Origin: a virus | Lineage: Duplodnaviria; Caudoviricetes | DNA length: 38,391 bases | Strand: one strand, 5' to 3' | Virus record (IMG/VR): IMGVR_UViG_3300046787_000259 | Span: 1 to 38,391 of that record | Shown: positions 32,618 to 38,391 of the stretch, piece after piece | Position numbering within the stretch: the stretch's first letter is position 1 | Layout of the letters: every line of letters starts with the position of its first letter | Made by a program: the position numbers and the translations under genes | The notes under the pieces: model-generated | What the model was told of the DNA's origin: nothing | The model's input: only the letters and a program-made list of their open reading frames with translations | Database searches by the model: none

Positions 32618-34712
32618 TGAAAACCTTTCCATCAATAACTACAACACCAGAAATAGGTAGTGACGGCTCAGTGACTAGCTCTAGGCTCACTTTTTCTGGG
32701 TAACTAGGAGTATCTGGCACTTCTACTGAATACGAGATTATTTTTCTAACTAGAACGCCATTATCTGTGCCGTAGTCCTGCTCTAGATAGCTATCTGCTC
32801 TTAGGGCTACAAAAGCATCGTTTAGCTTGACCGAGCACCAGTCGCCAGGCTTATAAGTACCTAGTATTGGGTGTGCGGACCCGTTTGTAGAGATAGTGAA
32901 CGTGCTAATTGGTGGAATAGATTCAGATAGAAGCCTAGAAGCTTGCTTCCATAGGACTATCTCATCTGCTGAATCTAGCGTATCTACTGCATCTAGAATT
33001 GGCCACCCTTGGCGTAGGAGCTTGTGGTTAGATGCGGCAGAGTATGGCTGACTAGCATCAGAACTTAGGTCAGAGTCCTTACCCTGCACAAAGAAGCGTG
33101 TAGCGGCCTCGTCAGCGTTCTCCTCGAACTCTGCTTCTAGAATATTTCCAGGGTATTCGAATATAAGTCGGTCAGCTCCATAGGCACTAGCTGGGATAGA
33201 GTCAGAGGTCCCGTTTGGCTGATCTGCTAGCCAATCCTTTAGTGACCTTGGGACAATAGATAAAAATCTGAAATGACGCTTGAAGGAGTTAGTAGTTGCG
33301 TCGTATTCACAGTCTACTCGGTACTCAAAGCCGTTAGGTTTAGTACTATACTCTTCGAAGATATTGGCAACAGTCTTAAGCTCAAAACCTCTAATTACTG
33401 GGTTAGCTTCCCTAGCCGAGCTGAACGCATCGTTTTCAGAGAAGTCGTATCCAATATCACCTAGAGTACTGTGCTCCCCGAACGTGCTATAGGTCATAGC
33501 AGCCCTACGAGTTAGTGTTGGCTTGGTAGCTGCTCCAGTATCCGTATAACTCTTGGCAATGTTTGCACCATACATTACTACCTGAAATGATGTAGTCGAG
33601 GCAGGCGTGCCGTATATGGTGAAGTACCCGTCAAATGTCTCGCTGATGTTCTCTAATAAAACGATCTGGCCCTCGGAGAGACCGTGCGCCGCGGTAGTTT
33701 CAAATGTTGCAATATTTGCAGATCTCTTAAAGCTAGAAATGATTTTTACGTGATCTATCTCATTTGCGCTAGATATGTCACTACCAGTATTAACGTAAGA
33801 GATGCTGTAGTCACTTATGATATCTTTTACGACTGCCTCTGGGTCATCGAAACCAGCGCCAGCCGAGATATCTGAAATCTTAATTTTCTGCCCAGGCGTA
33901 AGCTCGTGTTTCTTACTCGTGACTATAGTGGCCACGTTCCCTGATCGGGACACTGATGCTATTTCATTGAATAAGTCAATGCCAGGACGAATTAGGTCAT
34001 TAGCAAAGTCAAAATCAAATAGGTCAGTCTTCAACTCCCTCAGGAGGTCCTGAGCATATTGATACGTATCTTGTCTAGTCTCTATGGTAATTGCGTTATC
34101 TTCACCCATAGATAGGTTAGGAATATCGCGTTCTACGCCGAGCGCATCGGTGAACGTGGCTGTAGCGGTAACTATAGATCTATCGTCCGAGGTACTAGCT
34201 ACAGTCAATACATCGAAGTAGCCATTGTACTTGTTATAGTCAGTAGGCCAAGAGATGTATATCGGCTCGCCAACCGTAAAATTGTACTGGCCTCCAATTA
34301 GGGTGGCAGTTAAAGTTCCGCTAGCTACTTCGGCTGTAGCCGCATAAGCGCTGTTCCAGGTCTTCCACACAACTCTGTGACTCAGGTAGCTAGTGAACTC
34401 TGCAGCAGTTATAGATAGAACCTTATCTATGAGGCTGTAAGTACGCCCCCAAATAATTCCGCCCCACACACATACCCCGTTACGAACTACATATAGTGCA
34501 GTTCTAGCTGGAAGAGTGTTTTCATAGACACTTAGATTGTAAGTATCTGGCGTTACGGCAATGTCGCCATTAAATGTGCCAGCCTCTGTTAGGGATCTAG
34601 AGTAGGAGACACTTCTGAATGGCATCTCGGCTAGCAGCTCGTTAGTCATAAGGTCGCAAACAAAATAGCGATAATCTACCGCTTGATTGTCTGGCGATGT
34701 TGCTACTGGCAT
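32607..34712 (-). CDS. Minor tail protein / baseplate hub (ReqiPepy6 Gp37-like) with inserted beta-barrel repeats
   Basis: YRYFVCDL.T..LLAE.P...VSYSRSL..AG, VVRNGVCVWGGIIW, FEYPGNI, LGTYKPGDW. Located directly after Dit. Confidence 0.85.
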   Translation of the reverse strand: MPVATSPDNQAVDYRYFVCDLMTNELLAEMPFRSVSYSRSLTEAGTFNGDIAVTPDTYNLSVYENTLPARTALYVVRNGVCVWGGIIWGRTYSLIDKVLSITAAEFTSYLSHRVVWKTWNSAYAATAEVASGTLTATLIGGQYNFTVGEPIYISWPTDYNKYNGYFDVLTVASTSDDRSIVTATATFTDALGVERDIPNLSMGEDNAITIETRQDTYQYAQDLLRELKTDLFDFDFANDLIRPGIDLFNEIASVSRSGNVATIVTSKKHELTPGQKIKISDISAGAGFDDPEAVVKDIISDYSISYVNTGSDISSANEIDHVKIISSFKRSANIATFETTAAHGLSEGQIVLLENISETFDGYFTIYGTPASTTSFQVVMYGANIAKSYTDTGAATKPTLTRRAAMTYSTFGEHSTLGDIGYDFSENDAFSSAREANPVIRGFELKTVANIFEEYSTKPNGFEYRVDCEYDATTNSFKRHFRFLSIVPRSLKDWLADQPNGTSDSIPASAYGADRLIFEYPGNILEAEFEENADEAATRFFVQGKDSDLSSDASQPYSAASNHKLLRQGWPILDAVDTLDSADEIVLWKQASRLLSESIPPISTFTISTNGSAHPILGTYKPGDWCSVKLNDAFVALRADSYLEQDYGTDNGVLVRKIISYSVEVPDTPSYPEKVSLELVTEPSLPISGVVVIDGKVFNGN

Positions 34713-34748
34713 TTCACGTCCTTAAATGTCTTTATATAAGTCTAGCAG

Positions 34749-35708
34749 CTAGCCAATCCAGCCAGATCTCCATAGAATTTTGCAGGACGCTGTACTAGAG
34801 CTATTTGCTGGGTCATCAAACGAGAATGTAGTCGGTACACCTGGATCCAGGTACATCCAGTCAATCAGAACTGCTGCCTTGGATCTGCCATTAATCACAG
34901 TGGTATCAGGCTCAGTGCCCGTCACTATTAGAACTTCTCTATTATACGTGTCGATCTCGAGCCTCTGCGAGGATGTAGTAGATCCCACGATAGAGATGGT
35001 GTCACCAGTCACATCGTTAATTATTGTTGCTGGCTGATCTCCGTCAGGGCTTAGTGCCCCAGTGATTTCAAAAATTAGAGGCACTGGAGTGTTTCCAGTG
35101 TTTAGCACAGTAGCCGAGGTCGCCCCTTCAGCGACGGTGATGGAGTTGTAACCGTCTGATTCACCATCTACCCATTCATACTTAATAGGGTCAACAGCCT
35201 TGAGGCCTATGGAGAAATCATGACGACCCTTTGCGTTTACGCTAGAGATATCTGGCGTTCCACTTAGTCGGACATAGGCCGCTCTTGTAGGACTCTCATT
35301 GACAATCAGCCAACCACCAGTCTTGACTAGTGATAGTGCCTGTATTAGTGCATTCCTAGCAGCGGGGGCATCCTGCGGTCTCTGCGGAAGAAATGATCCT
35401 GTGAGCGTGATGTTTCGATTAGCCCAACGCCCGATTGCATCGTATGAGCCATCTCCCCATCCTCGAGGAAGATCTGGCAACTCCGAGTCAGGTAAGGTCC
35501 ACCAACCCTGAAGATCGGACATCACCCAGATGACGTTGTTACTGTCAACTGTATTTAAGGTCAGACCGTTTATAGACACGTCTGCATTTAGCTTTAGTCC
35601 CGAGATGTATGGAGTAGGCAGCGGACTAAGCGCGTTGTTTACAAGTTTATTCTCAAGCGCCTGCGAGATTGGATCTATGTTATTAGGTTCGTAATATTGA
35701 TTTGGCAT
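34749..35708 (-). CDS. Distal tail protein (Dit)
   Basis: Directly after the tape measure gene. LQGWW, R.ITLTG, LKAVDPIKY, NTGNTPVP, W...W.G end. Confidence 0.85.
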   Translation of the reverse strand: MPNQYYEPNNIDPISQALENKLVNNALSPLPTPYISGLKLNADVSINGLTLNTVDSNNVIWVMSDLQGWWTLPDSELPDLPRGWGDGSYDAIGRWANRNITLTGSFLPQRPQDAPAARNALIQALSLVKTGGWLIVNESPTRAAYVRLSGTPDISSVNAKGRHDFSIGLKAVDPIKYEWVDGESDGYNSITVAEGATSATVLNTGNTPVPLIFEITGALSPDGDQPATIINDVTGDTISIVGSTTSSQRLEIDTYNREVLIVTGTEPDTTVINGRSKAAVLIDWMYLDPGVPTTFSFDDPANSSSTASCKILWRSGWIG

Positions 35709-38391
35709 TAGACGGTTCCCTTACGCATCTCGAAAGCTAGTCGACGAGAGATGATCGAGGCCAGCTCTCTTTCATCCATGCCAGGGCTAGGATTTACAGT
35801 AATTTGAATGTTACCAGCTCCACCGCCAGAAAGTTTTGCAATCATAGCCTTGTCACGCTTCGATAGCCCGTCTGGGTCTAGAGGCTCGATACGTTCTGGG
35901 CGTCCTGCCTCGGCTACGTTGACTAGTGACCCACCAGCTGAAGGCATAACAGTTCCACCCTTAGCTAAGCGAGGGATTCGAACATTCGGAATGACATTGA
36001 ATTCAAAGTCGATACCTAAAGTCTGAAGAATGCCGTTGATTGCATCACGCAGCGGACGCAAGAAGTTGTTAAGTCCGTTGATTACGAAGTTAACGAAGCC
36101 CTCGAACATTCCTATAAGACCGTTTACTAAGGTTCTGAAGAATCCAACAACGCCATTCCATGCATTTCTAAATACACCTACGACCCAGTCAATAGCAGTT
36201 CTGATACCGCCAACTACCCAGTTCCAGGCAGCAACTATACCGTTTACAATACCGTTCCATAGATCAGCGAAGAAAGGTCCAAGGCCAGTGAAGAAGTCGA
36301 TTAAACCATTCCAGAGAGTAGACATGAAGTCCACGAATCCCTGCCAGATCTGCTTACCTATTTCTGTCTGAGTGAAGAAAACTGCAAGAGCTGCAATCAA
36401 AGCTACGATACCAATGATGATGAGCGTGATCGGATTTAGAGCCATAACAAAGTTGAAGGCTGCCTGCACACCTGTAGCAATTACAGTAGCAACTCGCATG
36501 GCGGTCTGAGCAATCGTAGAGGCAACAAGAGCAACCTTCTGAGCGATCCACTGGCCGACGTTCTTCATTACAGCCCAAGTATTTAAAGCAATCTTAGTAG
36601 TCAATGCACCTACAGCACTAGCAGCCTTCTTTAGGTTACCAATTACGAAGGTACCCATCTGCTTACCCCAGTTGGCCATGGCTGACATGCCAGACTTCAG
36701 AGCGTCAACACTCTTCTTACCGAAGTTGCCGATAGCGGTTGCAGCATCCTTAGACTTTTGGACGACATAGGTCCCAGCTTGTCTGCCCCACTCTGCGAAT
36801 GCCGAGACTCCAGTCTTGACTGCACTCACAGTTTTCTTGCCCATGTTCACGATCGCGTCTTTAGCGCTGACTACACCCTCTTTAAACTTACCTATAGAGG
36901 CCTTCATCTGGCCCATCTGGGCCGCAAACTTAGTTGTTCCGTCCTTGCCCACCCAGAAGAAGTATTTAAAGGGGCCAATAAGCTTAAGTAGAGTTCCGAG
37001 TAGAATCAATCCAGCCTGTTTGGCTAATATTAGTCCTAGGCCAACAGCTAGCAAGAAACCATGAACCTGAGACAGGCTATCCATAAATTTCTTTACGTCA
37101 GGGTTATTGAAGAAGTCGGCTGCAACCTTAGCCGCATCGCTAAGAGTTTTGAAGAAGATCTCTAGAGTCTTGTTGTCTGAGAAGGCTCCAACGACGCGAG
37201 TCACTTGATAGAAGAGCTCCGCCATAGCAGGAGCAGACTTCACGCCATCCTCTAGTATTTTCTTTACAATAGGGAGACCCTTACCAAGAGTGTCCCACAT
37301 AACACCGATATTAGGGTCAGCTCCAAGATCAATAATAATCTTGCCTAGCCCGCCCAGCACGTCTAGCATTTTTGTTGCATTAGTTGCTGCAGCAGCCAGG
37401 AACTCGTGAAGTCCACCGTCGGCACCCATGTTGGCGAATCCAGCGGTCACCTTCTCGAGCCAGGTGAGCATGATGTCAGCGCCAGAACCAGGTTTGAAGG
37501 CATCTTCAATCAGCTTCCCGATACCCTTGAAGATATTACCGAAAATTCCACCGAATCGCTCAGCTATTTTTGAAGAGTCTTCAAAGAATTTTTTTAGACT
37601 GCCGTTACCTGCAGCTTTATCAATAAATGCTTCAAAATCTTTGGCACCCTTTTCAATCCACTTCACGAACTTTTCTGTAATTGGAGCCGTGACCTTTAGG
37701 ATTGTCAGCACTGCACCGAAAAGATGGCTTATAGTGCCACCAAATGATTCGATCACCTTAGCAGAGGTCTCAAATAGAGAAGTTAAGGCCCCGCTCTTGT
37801 CTGCCTTATCGAAGGCAACACCCATCTTGTCCGAGACAGAGCCTAGAGCTGTTCCAATTGAAGTAAATCCCTTTTCCAAGGTAGGGAAGTTTTTAGTCAT
37901 GAGCTGATTAATCAGATCGCCAAGCTTAGGCAGGAATCCGCTAGCTACAGCTTCCTTAAGCATGTCAAACTTTGGCTTTAATCCTACTAATAATTTAGCG
38001 AAAGCCTTCTGGGACTTAGTCAGCCCAGCGTACGGGTCCGTGCCAGCCGAGTCTTTTTTCTTCTTAGGATTCTTTATCTCATCCTGTAGATCTTTATTTC
38101 GATCCTTAGCCCTGCGGTAAGCTAAGTCAGCTTTCTCGAACTCGATCTCGGCTTCGCGTCTGGCATTAGAGTTTGGAGGTAGATCAGCCATTCTAGCTAG
38201 ATTGGCTCTAGCCTTTTCGAGATTTAGGGCAGCTTCTTTTTCCCCGATTGCTGCATCTTCAGCATCAAATTTGAGCTGCTGGAGCTCTTCCCTGAGCTCC
38301 TTTATAGTTTTCTTTGTCCCGCCAGCACTCTTACCCACAGCTTTGAGCGGACCAGTGACGCCGCCCAGCGCCATACCAGCTAGCTTCATAC
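35708..38391 (-). CDS. Tape measure protein (5'-truncated by the window edge)
   Basis: Long helical Ala/Gly/Lys-rich ORF, ALNPITLIIIGIVALIAAL hydrophobic segment, Trp-periodic repeats, and C-terminal IPRLAKGG...AEAGRPERIEPL. Followed by Dit and hub. Confidence 0.92.
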   Translation of the reverse strand, partial: MKLAGMALGGVTGPLKAVGKSAGGTKKTIKELREELQQLKFDAEDAAIGEKEAALNLEKARANLARMADLPPNSNARREAEIEFEKADLAYRRAKDRNKDLQDEIKNPKKKKDSAGTDPYAGLTKSQKAFAKLLVGLKPKFDMLKEAVASGFLPKLGDLINQLMTKNFPTLEKGFTSIGTALGSVSDKMGVAFDKADKSGALTSLFETSAKVIESFGGTISHLFGAVLTILKVTAPITEKFVKWIEKGAKDFEAFIDKAAGNGSLKKFFEDSSKIAERFGGIFGNIFKGIGKLIEDAFKPGSGADIMLTWLEKVTAGFANMGADGGLHEFLAAAATNATKMLDVLGGLGKIIIDLGADPNIGVMWDTLGKGLPIVKKILEDGVKSAPAMAELFYQVTRVVGAFSDNKTLEIFFKTLSDAAKVAADFFNNPDVKKFMDSLSQVHGFLLAVGLGLILAKQAGLILLGTLLKLIGPFKYFFWVGKDGTTKFAAQMGQMKASIGKFKEGVVSAKDAIVNMGKKTVSAVKTGVSAFAEWGRQAGTYVVQKSKDAATAIGNFGKKSVDALKSGMSAMANWGKQMGTFVIGNLKKAASAVGALTTKIALNTWAVMKNVGQWIAQKVALVASTIAQTAMRVATVIATGVQAAFNFVMALNPITLIIIGIVALIAALAVFFTQTEIGKQIWQGFVDFMSTLWNGLIDFFTGLGPFFADLWNGIVNGIVAAWNWVVGGIRTAIDWVVGVFRNAWNGVVGFFRTLVNGLIGMFEGFVNFVINGLNNFLRPLRDAINGILQTLGIDFEFNVIPNVRIPRLAKGGTVMPSAGGSLVNVAEAGRPERIEPLDPDGLSKRDKAMIAKLSGGGAGNIQITVNPSPGMDERELASIISRRLAFEMRKGTV

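Noticed and set aside
35808-37907. Plus-strand ORFs opposite the tape measure gene (e.g. 36030-36371, 37428-37907)
   Set aside because: They are antisense shadows of a long, codon-biased gene and have no independent features.
1-38391. Stop-codon reassignment (TAG read-through), suggested by frequent CTAG/TAG
   Set aside because: Conserved genes are full length in the standard code, and several end at TAG directly before the next start.

Overview
This is a 38.4-kb, densely coding fragment of a tailed dsDNA phage with a siphovirus-type tail, most likely a lytic virus of Actinobacteria. It encodes WhiB, a Prim-Pol/D5 primase-helicase, family A DNA polymerase, a Sak4-like ATPase, a DUF669-type SSB and a ReqiPepy6-Gp37-like hub. 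Layout: (1) 1-11045 (+), a cluster of four Thr-rich collagen-like fibre genes built from shared small modules, plus a protein with a 55-aa Pro/Phe repeat and an Ig-like domain; (2) a reverse-strand holin-like gene; (3) 11624-18093 (+), primase-helicase, a GT-A glycosyltransferase, an unlisted 38-aa Zn-finger microprotein, an HTH protein with a metallophosphoesterase, a DUF2061-like protein and a GT2-TPR; (4) 18095-38391 (-), read right to left: tape measure (truncated), Dit, hub, a tail fibre with an S74 chaperone domain, PolA, RuvC-like resolvase, SNF2 helicase, Cas4-like nuclease, AAA ATPase, SSB, a putative GT-B protein, an SGNH-like hydrolase, a WhiB-Zn ribbon fusion and a GT32-like enzyme. 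No tRNA, rRNA, CRISPR array, integrase, transposase or reverse transcriptase was recognised. The strongest candidate for a new system is phage-encoded glycosylation of Gly-X-Thr collagen fibres, which is an inference. All family calls come from reading motifs by eye, not from database searches.
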